From contig CAYLHJ010000001.1 of the NCBI GenBank assembly GCA_964383705.1, positions 37,659-101,658 of the forward strand: DNA of 64,000 nucleotides, written 5' to 3'. This DNA is from an uncultured Candidatus Saccharibacteria bacterium (lineage in GTDB: Bacteria; Patescibacteriota; Minisyncoccia; Phycocordibacterales; Zambryskibacteraceae). The notes under the pieces were generated by a model that saw nothing but the letters and a program-made list of their open reading frames with translations, was not told the DNA's origin and searched no databases. This document shows positions 28,693 to 39,720 of this stretch, piece by piece. The position numbers and the translations under genes are program-made. How positions within the stretch are numbered: the stretch's first letter is position 1; the number at the start of each line of letters is the position of its first letter.

Positions 28693-30453
28693 ATGCACAT
28701 TGAAGAAAAACAACTTAAAGAATTCATTCTTGATTCGGGTTTAGTCTCTCGCGCAGATTTAACTAAGGCAGAAAAAGAATCAGCTGAAAGTGGGATTAGT
28801 GTTGGTAAAATTTTAGTTAATAAAGGATCTCTCACGGAAGATGACCTTCGTCGCATGCAAGCCTATATTCTGGGTATCCCATTTGTGGATTTGAAAGGTC
28901 TTAGAATTGATTTTGAAGTACTCTCTCTTATTCCAGAGCCGATTGCAAGAAATAATAATATTATTGCGTTTAGAAAAGTTGGTGACACATTGGAAGTTGC
29001 AATGCTTGATACCGAGGACCTTGCGGCAATTGATTTTATTCGTAAGAAAACCGGATTAAAAATACTCCCGCGCCTTACTGACACAGAATCGGTTAAAAGC
29101 GCTCTTTTGAATTATCAGAAAAGTCTTAAAGCAGAGTTCGGAGACATAATTCAAAAAGAAGCAAATACCCTTAAGTCAATATCTGACAAAGTAGGAGAGG
29201 ATATGGTGTCGGAAAGCGAACTTAAAAAACTCGCAGAAGATGTTCCAGTAGTAAGAATAGTCGACACTTTGTTGAAGCATGCAATTATTCAAAATGCCTC
29301 TGATATTCATATTGAACCAATGGAAAACCAGGTGCTCGTTAGATATCGTATCGACGGGCTTCTTCATGATGCCATGGTTTTACCAAAAAATGTTGCTAAT
29401 GGTATAACTGCTCGAATCAAGGTTCTGTCAAATCTTAAACTAGATGAAAAGAGAATTCCTCAAGATGGTCGCTTTAAGATAGATATGAATGAAGAGAAAG
29501 TTTCATTTCGTATCTCAACTCTTCCTGTCTATTACGGAGAAAAGATTGTGATGAGGCTTCTAAGAGAGGGGGCATCAGGATTTACTCTTGAAGGCCTGGG
29601 TTTCCATGGCGATGGATTAGAAAAACTTCATAAAGCGACACGTCTTACAACTGGAATGATTCTTACTACTGGCCCCACTGGTTCAGGTAAGACTACCACT
29701 CTTTATACAATGCTAGATATTGTAAACCAACCCGATGTTAATATTTCTACGATTGAAGACCCAATTGAGTATCAAATGAAGAGGGTCAATCAAACACAAG
29801 TAAAACCAGAAATTGGTTTTACTTTCGCTACGGGGCTTCGCACTTTAGTTCGACAAGATCCAGATATTATTATGGTTGGAGAAATCCGCGATACCGAGAC
29901 CGCCGCCCTTGCCGTGAATGCTGCATTGACTGGTCATCTTGTCTTATCAACCTTGCATACTAATTCTGCTGCTGGGACAATTGCTCGTCTTATCGATATG
30001 AAGATAGAGCCGTTTCTTCTCACCTCAACCCTTTCTGTGATTGTTGCTCAACGTCTCATTCGACGATTGGCCGATTCAAAGGAAAAATATTTTTTAACTA
30101 AGGAAGAGCTTGGTCAGTTGGAAAAGATTGTTGATCTTGACCTAATCTTAAGAACCCTAAAGGAGGAAAAAATTGTCGATAAAGGAGCGTCGTGGGAGAA
30201 AATGCCAATGTATAAACCAAAGCCCGGAGGAGATACAGAGGATGGATATAGAAGTCGTATTGGTATCCATGAAGTTTTACGTGTTACGCCAGCAATCAAA
30301 GATTTAATTATGAAAAACGCAACAACTCAAGAAGTAGAAGATTGTGCTAAAAAAGAAGGTATGCTCACAATGCTTGAAGACGGCGTCTTTAAGGCTGTAC
30401 AAGGTATTACTACGATTGAAGAGGTGTTGCGTGTGGTCTCATCCGACGAATAA
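28693..30453 (+). CDS. pilB: Type IV pilus assembly ATPase PilB/GspE
   Basis: ASDIHIEP, GPTGSGKTTT, TIEDPIE, RQDPD, STLHTN. Confidence 0.93.
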   Translation: MHIEEKQLKEFILDSGLVSRADLTKAEKESAESGISVGKILVNKGSLTEDDLRRMQAYILGIPFVDLKGLRIDFEVLSLIPEPIARNNNIIAFRKVGDTLEVAMLDTEDLAAIDFIRKKTGLKILPRLTDTESVKSALLNYQKSLKAEFGDIIQKEANTLKSISDKVGEDMVSESELKKLAEDVPVVRIVDTLLKHAIIQNASDIHIEPMENQVLVRYRIDGLLHDAMVLPKNVANGITARIKVLSNLKLDEKRIPQDGRFKIDMNEEKVSFRISTLPVYYGEKIVMRLLREGASGFTLEGLGFHGDGLEKLHKATRLTTGMILTTGPTGSGKTTTLYTMLDIVNQPDVNISTIEDPIEYQMKRVNQTQVKPEIGFTFATGLRTLVRQDPDIIMVGEIRDTETAALAVNAALTGHLVLSTLHTNSAAGTIARLIDMKIEPFLLTSTLSVIVAQRLIRRLADSKEKYFLTKEELGQLEKIVDLDLILRTLKEEKIVDKGASWEKMPMYKPKPGGDTEDGYRSRIGIHEVLRVTPAIKDLIMKNATTQEVEDCAKKEGMLTMLEDGVFKAVQGITTIEEVLRVVSSDE

Positions 30454-30454
30454 C

Positions 30455-31672
30455 ATGACAATTTTCAGATATAAAACTTTAAATAAAGAAGGGGTGGTGA
30501 ACGAGGATACAATAGAAGCCCCAGATAGGTTTGCGGTATATCGAAAAATAAAAGAAACTGGGGACAGTGTTATTTATGTAAATGAAGTCCGGAAGCATTC
30601 TTTTTTTTCTTTTGAAAAATTTTCTAATTTTTTCTCTAGAGTAAAGATTCAAGAAAAAATTATATTTGCTAGAAACTTGGCTTCAATGATAGAGGCAGGT
30701 CTCTCTGTTACTCGAGCACTTGCTGTAATGGAAAAGCAGACAAAAAATAAGAAACTCAAAGTAGTTTTGGAGGAATTGAATGACGATATAAGCCGGGGCA
30801 AGAGTCTTTCAGAATCAATGAGAACTAAGAGTGATGTTTTTTCACCACTCTTTATTTCCATGGTTAAGGCGGGAGAAGAGAGTGGAAATCTGGCCGGATC
30901 TTTAAAAGTGGTTTCTATCCAAATGGAGAAAGCTTACACTTTAACAAAGAAGGTCCGTGGGGCGCTCATGTACCCAGCAGTTATCGTAAGCATAATGATT
31001 ATTATCGGGATTCTCATGCTTGTCTTTATGGTTCCAACACTTACAGCAACATTTGAAGGTTTAGGGGTAAAATTACCAGCAAGTACTCGCCTCGTTATCT
31101 CTGTTTCTGATTTTTTGAGGAATAATTATCTTTTGACGATTGTCGGCATAGTTATTTTGGTAATTTCTTTTATTTTTATCTATAGAAGCGCTCCAGGGAA
31201 AAAGTTTTTTAATTTTATTGCAATTCATTTTCCTATATTCGGAAGTATTGTCAGAGAGATTAATGCGGCTCGTACCGCGAGGACCCTTTCTTCTTTATTA
31301 TCTTCTGGTGTGGATATTATATATGCGATAGGAGTCACTCAAGAGGTTCTTCAAAATTTCTATTACAAAGAGGTTTTAGCAAAAGCTCAGAAGAATATTG
31401 AAAAAGGTGAAACAATGTCTCTTGCATTCATAGAGAATGAAAAATTATATCCAATTTTTGTTGGTGAGATGATGAGTGTTGGAGAGGAGACTGGTAAGAT
31501 GGCGGATATGTTGATGGGGGTGGCGACTTTTTATGAAGATGAAGTAGATCAAAAGACGAAAGATATGTCTACATTAATCGAACCTTTTCTTATGGTGATG
31601 ATGGGTCTTGCTGTTGGGTTTTTTGCAATTTCAATGTTGGCTCCTACGTATTCTTTGGTTGATGCGATATAA
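30455..31672 (+). CDS. pilC: Type IV pilus platform protein PilC/GspF
   Basis: AGEESGNL, ALMYP, GEETG, IEP. Confidence 0.92.
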   Translation: MTIFRYKTLNKEGVVNEDTIEAPDRFAVYRKIKETGDSVIYVNEVRKHSFFSFEKFSNFFSRVKIQEKIIFARNLASMIEAGLSVTRALAVMEKQTKNKKLKVVLEELNDDISRGKSLSESMRTKSDVFSPLFISMVKAGEESGNLAGSLKVVSIQMEKAYTLTKKVRGALMYPAVIVSIMIIIGILMLVFMVPTLTATFEGLGVKLPASTRLVISVSDFLRNNYLLTIVGIVILVISFIFIYRSAPGKKFFNFIAIHFPIFGSIVREINAARTARTLSSLLSSGVDIIYAIGVTQEVLQNFYYKEVLAKAQKNIEKGETMSLAFIENEKLYPIFVGEMMSVGEETGKMADMLMGVATFYEDEVDQKTKDMSTLIEPFLMVMMGLAVGFFAISMLAPTYSLVDAI

Positions 31673-31679
31673 TTCCTGC

Positions 31680-33518
31680 ATGAGGAGAATTTTTGTTTCT
31701 CTTTTTTCACTTTCACGTTCTATAAAAAAACAGGACGGTTTTAGTTTAATAGAAATTATAGTTGGAGCAGCAATTTTTGCTATTATCGCGGTATCTGTCT
31801 ACCAGAGTTACGCTAGTCTCATTGCTCTAGTTTCTGCTTCTCGAGTAAAAATCACAGCAACAGATCTAATTAATGAGCAATTTGAACTTATACGAAACTT
31901 ACCTTATGACAAGGTTGGCATTGCGGGGGGAATTCCTGATGGGGTTTTGGAGAATAGTGAGATTTTTGTTCGCGATAATGGCACTTTTACTATCGTAAGG
32001 ACTGTGCGAAATATCGATGACCCGTTTGACGGCGTTATAGGGGGTTCTCCAAATGATTTATCTCCAGCTGATTACAAATTAGTGGAGATTGAGGTTAATT
32101 GTGATGTATGTAAAAACTTTGTTGAAATGTCGGTGACGAGTCGTGTTTCCCCAAAAAATTTAGAAACTGCATCAACAAATGGTGCGCTTTTTATTCGTGT
32201 TTTTGATGCAAATGGTAATCCAGTCCCGAATGCGAATGTTCACGTCGAAAATAATCTTGCAACTACATCAATCGTTATAGATGACGTCACCGATAACCAA
32301 GGAATGCTTCAGATTGTTGACGCTCCGCCAGGAATAAATGCATATGAAATCACAGTCTCAAAATCAGGGTATACAACTGATGAGACATACACCGCTTCTG
32401 TGGGTAATCCAAATCCAACAAAACCGCATGCGACGGTATTACTTCAGCAAGTAACACAAGTCTCTTTTGTCATAGATAAGGTAAGTACGGTAAATGTTTC
32501 AACTCTTACTGACGATTGTACTGCGGTAGGGAGTATCCCTTTTTCGATGACTGGTGCAAAACTTATTGGTGCTAATCCTGATGTCTATAAATACAGTGCA
32601 AATCATTTGACTAATTCAGGCGGATTAAAAACACTTTCTCAAGTTGAATGGGACACATATAATCTTACGGTAAGTGATCCAACATACCATTTGGCTGGTG
32701 TGAATCCACTTTTACCAGTTTCTATTCTTCCCGATGCTGTACAAGACATACAACTAATTCTTACTACCAAAAACCCATCCCACTTATTAGTAACGGTTAA
32801 AGACAATAGCAACGGCCTCCCACTTTCTGGTGCAGATGTCACTCTTACCAAGACGGGCTATACAGATGTGCTTATAACTGGGCGGGGGTTTTTAAAACAA
32901 AGTGATTGGTCTGGTGGACCGGGTCAAGATGACTTTGTTGATAAAACTCGATATAACAGCTCTGATGGGAATATAGATATAAATAATCCTGTTGGTGAAA
33001 TAAAACTGACAAATATTTTCGGTGACTATGCTCCAAGTGGAGTCCTATCCTCTTCTATATTTGATACTGGGACAACTACGAATTTCAACCAAATTATTTG
33101 GAATCCGGCAAGCCAGCCTCAGGCGACTGGCCCAGACTCGGTCCTTTTCCAATTCGCAAGTGATCCGCTAAATAATGCAAGCACTACATGGGAGTTTCTT
33201 GGTCCAGATGGAACGGGTTTAACTTTTTATACTATTGCTGATACGAACATTAATAGTATTCACAATGGAGACAGATATTTCCGCTACAAGTCTTATCTTG
33301 CGACGGCGAGTTCGACTTTGACGCCAAATATCGCTGAAGTTGCTTTCACCTTTACTTCAGAATGTACTCCGCCAGGTCAGGTCTTATTTTCTGGTCTTTC
33401 TGGCGGGACATATACACTTTCTGTCGATAAGTCGGGGTATGGTAGTTATCAAAATCAAATTATCATCCCTAATGATGTTTCTTTTCTTCAGCATGAGGTG
33501 GATTTAGTTACCCAATAA
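31680..33518 (+). CDS. Large minor pilin (prepilin motif plus carboxypeptidase-regulatory-like beta domains)
   Basis: DG|FSLIEIIV; NGNPVPNANV, YEITVSKSGY. Confidence 0.85.
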   Translation: MRRIFVSLFSLSRSIKKQDGFSLIEIIVGAAIFAIIAVSVYQSYASLIALVSASRVKITATDLINEQFELIRNLPYDKVGIAGGIPDGVLENSEIFVRDNGTFTIVRTVRNIDDPFDGVIGGSPNDLSPADYKLVEIEVNCDVCKNFVEMSVTSRVSPKNLETASTNGALFIRVFDANGNPVPNANVHVENNLATTSIVIDDVTDNQGMLQIVDAPPGINAYEITVSKSGYTTDETYTASVGNPNPTKPHATVLLQQVTQVSFVIDKVSTVNVSTLTDDCTAVGSIPFSMTGAKLIGANPDVYKYSANHLTNSGGLKTLSQVEWDTYNLTVSDPTYHLAGVNPLLPVSILPDAVQDIQLILTTKNPSHLLVTVKDNSNGLPLSGADVTLTKTGYTDVLITGRGFLKQSDWSGGPGQDDFVDKTRYNSSDGNIDINNPVGEIKLTNIFGDYAPSGVLSSSIFDTGTTTNFNQIIWNPASQPQATGPDSVLFQFASDPLNNASTTWEFLGPDGTGLTFYTIADTNINSIHNGDRYFRYKSYLATASSTLTPNIAEVAFTFTSECTPPGQVLFSGLSGGTYTLSVDKSGYGSYQNQIIIPNDVSFLQHEVDLVTQ

Positions 33519-33519
33519 G

Positions 33520-34155
33520 ATGAATCTAGAAAAAAATAAATTTGAAAAGGAATCAGCTAATTACGGTTTTAGCATTCTGGAAATGCTTGTTAGCGTCGCT
33601 ATTATTAGTCTAATTGGTTTGGCAGTTGCCAACTTTCAGAAAGATATTTTTTCTTTAAATACTCATTTACAAGATAGTCTAAGCGCTCAGCTAGATGCCA
33701 GAAAAGTTCTTCGAAGTTTTATTGCTGAAGTTCGAAGTGCTTCGCCGTCAAGTCTGGGTGGATATGCGATTGAGTCTGCGGGGACATCATCAATTACTTT
33801 CTACAGTAATATAGATAATGATTTATACAAAGAGCGTTTAAGATATTTTTTGCAGGGGAGCGATCTTAAACGTGGAGTGATAAAGCCTGGTGGAAATCCA
33901 CTGGTATACAATCCATCAGATGAGGAATTTGATATTATTGCTCGTGATGTAGTAAACGGTACAAATACTCCGATATTTGATTATTTTGATAAAAATTTTT
34001 ATGGAACGACTACACCACTTACAAGTCCTGTTGATCCGATTCTTGTTAGATTAATTCGCATGACTCTCGTAATTGATCGTGACCCAAATAAAAGTCCGGA
34101 GCCAATCAACGTCTCTTCGCAAGGGACACTTCGTAATTTGAAAGATAATTTATGA
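33520..34155 (+). CDS. Minor pilin (PilW/GspJ-like)
   Basis: YG|FSILEMLV; C-terminal LRN. Confidence 0.85.
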   Translation: MNLEKNKFEKESANYGFSILEMLVSVAIISLIGLAVANFQKDIFSLNTHLQDSLSAQLDARKVLRSFIAEVRSASPSSLGGYAIESAGTSSITFYSNIDNDLYKERLRYFLQGSDLKRGVIKPGGNPLVYNPSDEEFDIIARDVVNGTNTPIFDYFDKNFYGTTTPLTSPVDPILVRLIRMTLVIDRDPNKSPEPINVSSQGTLRNLKDNL

Positions 34156-35624
34156 GAATAAAATCTGGTCAAAGTGGGCAAATACTTCTTCAAGTAATTG
34201 TCTTCTCAACAATCGCAGCTCTTCTCATCGGCGGTCTTATTGGTTGGTCTGGTGTAAATATAAAAGCATCCAGACAGTCAGCTGATAGGGAGAGAGCGAT
34301 TCAGCTGGCGGAAGCAGGAATCGATTACTACCGGTGGCATTTGGCACATGCTCCGACTGATTATCAGGATGGAACTGGTGGCCCAGGGCCATACATTCAC
34401 TCTGTTCCTGATAAAAATGGAGACATAATTGGGGAATTTAGTTTAAGTATCACCCCCCCAATTGTTGGTTCAACGAAAGTTCAGGTTGAATCAACGGGTA
34501 TTCCAATAAGTAACCCCGCAATAAGTAGGACGATTAGAGTTGAAATGGCCATTCCTTCTCTGGCCAAATATGCTGTAGTAGCAAATGATAATATGCGTTT
34601 TGGTGCTGGGACAGAAGTTTTTGGTCCAATTCATTCAAATGGGGGGATACGTTTTGATGGTTTAGCACATAATGTTATCACTAGCGCACTTTCTTCATAT
34701 GATGATCCTGATCATACGGGAAATGTTGAATTTGCCGTTCATACTCACGTTAACCCCCCACCAGGTTCAGGTGTTAATGACACTTTTCGCCCGCTCGAAG
34801 CGCCGCCAAGTGCGGTCTCATCTCGTCCGGATATTTTTTTGGTTGGCAGACAATTCCCAGTCCCAGCCGCTGATTTTACAGGATTAACAAATGATCTTTC
34901 GCAAATCAAAGCGAACGCTCAATCGGATGGAAGATATTTTGCATCTTCAGGTGCTCAAGGATATCAAATTCTTCTAAAGACGGATGACACTTTTGATATT
35001 TATAGAGTTGATTCCCAAATTTCAGCTCCATCAAATTGTACAAACGTAGCAAACCAGACTGGATGGGGCACATGGAGCGTAAATGGAAGAACGCTTATTG
35101 GTAATTATCAAATACCGAGCAATGGTTTAATTTTTATTGAAGATAATGTTTGGGTAGAAGGCCAAATAGATGGAGCGCGTGTGACTATTGCGGCAGGGAG
35201 GTTTCCTGACAATCCATCTACAAGGCCAAACATCATAGTAAACAACGATCTTCTTTATACGAACTTTGATGGGAGTGATGTAATAGCTTTAATATCTCAA
35301 GGTCACATACATGTGGGTATGGTTTCGCTCACTAATTTACGTATTGATGCCGCATTGGTTGCTCAAAATGGCAGAGTTGGCAGATTCTACTATCGCCCAC
35401 CGGGAAGTGGTCAAAATAGGTGTTCTCCATACCACACAAGAACAAGCCTTACTTTATATGGAATGATTGCAACCAATGTTCGTTATGGTTTTGCTTATAC
35501 TGATGGCAATGGTTATGGTATAAGGAATATTAACTACGATGCTAACCTTCTTTATGGCCCACCGCCAAGCTTTCCCCTAACATCAGACCAGTACGAAGTC
35601 TTATCTTGGGAAGAGGTTCATTAG
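34152..35624 (+). CDS. PilX-like minor pilin
   Basis: SG|QILL without Glu5, AIQLAEAGI, GPIHSNG, C-terminal SWEE. Confidence 0.8.
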   Translation: MRIKSGQSGQILLQVIVFSTIAALLIGGLIGWSGVNIKASRQSADRERAIQLAEAGIDYYRWHLAHAPTDYQDGTGGPGPYIHSVPDKNGDIIGEFSLSITPPIVGSTKVQVESTGIPISNPAISRTIRVEMAIPSLAKYAVVANDNMRFGAGTEVFGPIHSNGGIRFDGLAHNVITSALSSYDDPDHTGNVEFAVHTHVNPPPGSGVNDTFRPLEAPPSAVSSRPDIFLVGRQFPVPAADFTGLTNDLSQIKANAQSDGRYFASSGAQGYQILLKTDDTFDIYRVDSQISAPSNCTNVANQTGWGTWSVNGRTLIGNYQIPSNGLIFIEDNVWVEGQIDGARVTIAAGRFPDNPSTRPNIIVNNDLLYTNFDGSDVIALISQGHIHVGMVSLTNLRIDAALVAQNGRVGRFYYRPPGSGQNRCSPYHTRTSLTLYGMIATNVRYGFAYTDGNGYGIRNINYDANLLYGPPPSFPLTSDQYEVLSWEEVH

Positions 35625-35643
35625 TTCGTGATATAATTTTTGG

Positions 35644-36408
35644 ATGGTGAAAAAGTTTGTTATTGCGAATTGGAAGATGAATCCAGAGACTACTGCCGAA
35701 TCAAGGAAATTATTTCAGGATGTGGCAAAGGTTGCGTCAACTCTTAAAAAGATAAATGTCATTATCTCGCCTCCCGCAATATTTCTTTCTGATTTATTAA
35801 GAAAACAGAAAAAAAATGTTTTCCTCTGTTCGCAAGATTTATTTTGGGGTAGAACAGGGCCATTCACTGGACAATTTAGTGCTTCAATGCTTCGAGCATT
35901 AGGTGTTAAATCAAGTATTATTGGCCACTCGGAGAAAAGAGTATTAGGTGAAACTGATGCGATTGTTTCAAAGAAAGTTATTGCCGCTCTCAAAGAATCT
36001 TTAACCCCAATTATTTGTATTGGTGAACGTGAACGAGACCGTGGGGGAGAATATCTAAAATTTCTTGCAGATCAGTTAAAAACATCAATTTCCGGAGTTT
36101 CAAGGAAAGATGTTTCTAAAATTATTATTGCTTACGAACCGATTTGGGCTATTGGCAAGACTGCATCTGATGCGATGAATGCGCACAAACTCCATGAGGT
36201 GGTAATTTTTATTCGCAAGGTCCTAACAACAGTTTTCGGTAGAGAGTTTGCTCAAAAAGTAACTATTATTTATGGTGGATCAGTAGAGCCAAAAAATGCT
36301 TCAGATTTAATAAAAAATGGAAATGTCTCAGGTTTTCTAGTTGGTCATGCAAGCCTCGATTCAAAGAAATTTAAGGAAATATTACTTGCTGTTGAAGCTT
36401 CAAAATGA
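35644..36408 (+). CDS. tpiA: Triosephosphate isomerase
   Basis: ANWKMN, GHSE, AYEPIWAIG, YGGSV. Confidence 0.95.
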   Translation: MVKKFVIANWKMNPETTAESRKLFQDVAKVASTLKKINVIISPPAIFLSDLLRKQKKNVFLCSQDLFWGRTGPFTGQFSASMLRALGVKSSIIGHSEKRVLGETDAIVSKKVIAALKESLTPIICIGERERDRGGEYLKFLADQLKTSISGVSRKDVSKIIIAYEPIWAIGKTASDAMNAHKLHEVVIFIRKVLTTVFGREFAQKVTIIYGGSVEPKNASDLIKNGNVSGFLVGHASLDSKKFKEILLAVEASK

Positions 36409-37523
36409 AAAGTGTAAGAGATATAGGGAATATAGAAGGCAAAACCATCTTTCTTCGGGCTGATTTCAATGTACCAGTAAAAGACTCTGTTATTACGGAT
36501 GATTTTCGTATTAAAAAAACACTGCCTCTTATAGATTTTATTCAAAAAAATGGCGGTAGATTGGTTATTGGTAGTCATTTTGAAGGTGAGGGTGGCAGTT
36601 TAAAGCCGGTTTTTGAATATTTAAAGAAAGATTATCAAATTGTTTTTTTAGAGGATTTTTATCCTGAGGGGCTCTCTGTTATAAAAGAGGCTCTTGATAG
36701 TGGAAATATTGTATTACTTGATAATTTAAGAAAGTATAAAGAAGAAAAAGAAAATAGTGATGAGTATGCAAAACATCTTTCAAGTTTTGCCGATTTTTTT
36801 GTAAACGAAGCTTTTTCTTCCGCCCACCGAAGACATGCCTCTGTTATTGGAATACCAAAATATATTCCAGGTTTTTCAGGTTTTGTTTTTGAAGAAGAAA
36901 TTAAGGAACTTTCTCGCGTTTTAAAACCAACTCACCCTTTTTTATTTATTCTTGGTGGCGCAAAGTTTGAAACGAAACTCCCACTTGTAAGAAAAATATT
37001 TAATATTGCCGATTACGTGTTTATTGGAGGCGCTCTCGCAAATGATTTTATAAAAGCTCAAGGCTTAAGTGTTGGTTCATCACTTTTATCATCTGATGGT
37101 GCTGATGTTAGAGATTTTTTAACCCCTAAACTTATTCTACCGTCAGATGTTTTAGTAAGAGACGAATCAGGGGCGATAACAAAAAAGAAAATTACGGATA
37201 TTAACATTACTGATTATATTGTCGATGTTGGTCCAGAAACCATGGAGCGTGTTGATTCGTGTATCCAATCAGTAAAGAGTATTCTTTGGAACGGTCCACT
37301 AGGGAATTATGAACTTGGTTTCAAGGAAGCGACTCTATCTTTGGCAAAGAGTATTGCGGGAAGTGATACTGTGTCTGTTGTTGGAGGGGGAGATACTATT
37401 GCATCAATAGCCGAACTTAATCTTTCAGATAAATTTACTTTTATTTCTACAGGAGGCGGGGCAATGCTAGATTTTCTCGCAAATGAAACTCTGCCTGGTA
37501 TAGAGGCATTAAATCAACATTAA
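36405..37523 (+). CDS. pgk: Phosphoglycerate kinase
   Basis: RADFNVP, GGAK, WNGP, STGGGA. Confidence 0.95.
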   Translation: MKSVRDIGNIEGKTIFLRADFNVPVKDSVITDDFRIKKTLPLIDFIQKNGGRLVIGSHFEGEGGSLKPVFEYLKKDYQIVFLEDFYPEGLSVIKEALDSGNIVLLDNLRKYKEEKENSDEYAKHLSSFADFFVNEAFSSAHRRHASVIGIPKYIPGFSGFVFEEEIKELSRVLKPTHPFLFILGGAKFETKLPLVRKIFNIADYVFIGGALANDFIKAQGLSVGSSLLSSDGADVRDFLTPKLILPSDVLVRDESGAITKKKITDINITDYIVDVGPETMERVDSCIQSVKSILWNGPLGNYELGFKEATLSLAKSIAGSDTVSVVGGGDTIASIAELNLSDKFTFISTGGGAMLDFLANETLPGIEALNQH

Positions 37524-37530
37524 TACAGCT

Positions 37531-37941
37531 CTAATTAATCTCTTTTCTTATTTTATTTCCCGTTGAAGTCATTTCTTCAGGATTTCGTTTCTTGCCAAGC
37601 CAATGCTCGTAGCCGTCTCCTTTATATCTAGGAATAATGTGTGTATGCGTATGAAAAACTATTTGTCCTGCTGCTGGTTCATTATTACTTATGATATTGA
37701 TTCCCTCTGCTTGAACTGCCTTTTTTACTGCAATAGATATTTTTTTTGTTATGACTGCTAGGTTTGAAATAACCTCATCTGGGGTCTCATAAATATTTTC
37801 AAAATGATCTTTGGGTATTACCAGAGTATGACCCAAACTATTTGGTAGAATATTTAAAAAAGCCAAGGTTTTTTCATCCTCATAGACTTTTTCGGTTGGC
37901 ACCTCTCCACGAATAATCTTACAAAATACGCAATCGTCCAT
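37531..37941 (-). CDS. HIT family hydrolase
   Basis: CVFCKI, GHTLVIP, HTHTHIIPR. Confidence 0.92.
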   Translation of the reverse strand: MDDCVFCKIIRGEVPTEKVYEDEKTLAFLNILPNSLGHTLVIPKDHFENIYETPDEVISNLAVITKKISIAVKKAVQAEGINIISNNEPAAGQIVFHTHTHIIPRYKGDGYEHWLGKKRNPEEMTSTGNKIRKEIN

Positions 37942-37947
37942 ACTCTA

Positions 37948-37955
37948 AGTATAAT
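37948..37955. promoter_or_regulatory. Overlapping bidirectional -10 hexamers for HIT and recJ
   Basis: TATAAT (+, 37950-55) and TATACT (-, 37953-48), each 6 nt from an ATG. Confidence 0.6.
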
Positions 37956-37961
37956 GGTAGA

Positions 37962-39677
37962 ATGTCCGCTATGAAAGCCTATACGGTACGAGAGTTTAAT
38001 TCCAAAGAATGTAATGACCTTGCTTCATACCCAGAATTGATTCAAATACTTCTTACTTCGCGAGGAATAAAGAATGAAGCTGAGGCGGAGAGATTTTTTG
38101 CTCCCAATTACGAATTAGATCTTCATGACCCATATCTTTTAAAAGATATGGAAAAAGCTGTCGCTCGGATTCTCGAGGCCATTAAAGAAAATCAAAAAAT
38201 CCTTATTTATAGTGATTATGATGCCGATGGTATACCTGGCGGGGTAATGCTCAAAACATTTTTTGATAAGATTGGATATCAAAATGTAGAAAACTACATA
38301 CCGCACCGTCATGATGAAGGGTATGGTCTTCATTTAGATGCTGTAGAAACATTTTTACCGCTTGATGTGAAGCTCATTGTCACTGTTGATTGTGGGATAG
38401 TAGATGTTGATCAAGTTAAGCGCGCCCAAGAGCTTGGTATGGATGTCATCATTACAGATCATCATGAACCAAATGGCGTTTTGCCAAATGCATATGCCGT
38501 TATTAATCCAAAACAATCTGATTGTATTTATCCCGAGAAAGGTCTCTGTGGTTCGGGTGTCGCCTTTAAATTAATTCAAGCTTTGCTTTTAAAAAACCGT
38601 TTTGGTTTGAAAGAGGGTCAAGAGAAATGGTTTCTTGATCTTGTTGGCATAGCCACTCTTTCTGATATGGTGCCGTTGGTTGGGGAAAATCGCGCACTTG
38701 CTCATTATGGACTGAAGGTTATTCGTAGATCGCCTCGTCCGGGATTGGTAAAATTTTGGAAAAAACTTCGAGTTGATCAGAGAAATATTACCGAAGACGA
38801 TATCGGCTTTTCTCTTGCTCCACGCATCAATGCCGCCTCTCGAATGGGTGAACCAATGGATGCCTTTAAGCTTCTTAAGACAGAAGATCATATAGAAGCA
38901 GATCTTTTAAGTGATCACTTAAACAAAATTAATGATGAGAGAAAAGGGGTTGTCGCTTCTTTGGTTAAAGGGATTAAAAAACATCTTCATGAAAAAATTG
39001 TAGACAATTCACTCGGCAAAGTCATAGTTATGGGGAGCCCTGAGTGGAAGCCAGCACTTCTGGGTTTAGTGGCGAATAGCATAATTGATGACTTTAAACG
39101 CCCTGTATTTCTTTGGGGGCGAAATGGTGACTCAATTATAAAGGGCTCATGTCGTTCGGACGGGAGTGTAAACTTGGTCGCTCTTATGGAGGAAGCTAGG
39201 GGTAATTTTTTACAATTTGGTGGACATAAACTTGCTGGAGGATTTGCTGTATCAAATGAAACCATCCACACTCTTGAAGATGAGCTTAATAGGGCATATG
39301 AAAAAGTAAAAGATAATAATGAGAAAGAGGCAATTTGGATAGATAAAAAGATTTCTATTGATGATATTAACTCTAGTCTTTATGAAAAGATAGAAAAGTT
39401 CTCTCCTTTTGGTATTGGTAATCCAAAGCCACTATTTCTTTTTGAGGGAGTTGAAATTTCTGGATCAAAACAATTTGGTAAAGAAAAAAATCACTTAGAG
39501 CTCTCTTTTCTAAAAAATAATGGTGAGAAACTTAAGGCAATTTCTTTTTTCTCAAAACCAGATTCATTCTCAAATATTCCTGAATCAGGTAAAAAAATTA
39601 ACCTTATCGCAACACTTGAAAAATCTACTTTTGGTAAGTATCCAGAACTTCGTCTACGAATTGTTGACATCATTTGA
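37962..39677 (+). CDS. recJ: ssDNA exonuclease RecJ
   Basis: DYDADG, TDHH, PRINA, GGH. Confidence 0.95.
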   Translation: MSAMKAYTVREFNSKECNDLASYPELIQILLTSRGIKNEAEAERFFAPNYELDLHDPYLLKDMEKAVARILEAIKENQKILIYSDYDADGIPGGVMLKTFFDKIGYQNVENYIPHRHDEGYGLHLDAVETFLPLDVKLIVTVDCGIVDVDQVKRAQELGMDVIITDHHEPNGVLPNAYAVINPKQSDCIYPEKGLCGSGVAFKLIQALLLKNRFGLKEGQEKWFLDLVGIATLSDMVPLVGENRALAHYGLKVIRRSPRPGLVKFWKKLRVDQRNITEDDIGFSLAPRINAASRMGEPMDAFKLLKTEDHIEADLLSDHLNKINDERKGVVASLVKGIKKHLHEKIVDNSLGKVIVMGSPEWKPALLGLVANSIIDDFKRPVFLWGRNGDSIIKGSCRSDGSVNLVALMEEARGNFLQFGGHKLAGGFAVSNETIHTLEDELNRAYEKVKDNNEKEAIWIDKKISIDDINSSLYEKIEKFSPFGIGNPKPLFLFEGVEISGSKQFGKEKNHLELSFLKNNGEKLKAISFFSKPDSFSNIPESGKKINLIATLEKSTFGKYPELRLRIVDII

Positions 39678-39720
39678 TATTCGGAGTATTTTTTGATCAG
39701 ACCACTTCAAGGAGAATAAG

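Noticed and set aside
36406-39677. UGA recoding to Gly as in Gracilibacteria/Absconditabacteria
   Set aside because: tpiA and recJ end at TGA at their expected C-termini and conserved genes have no in-frame TGA
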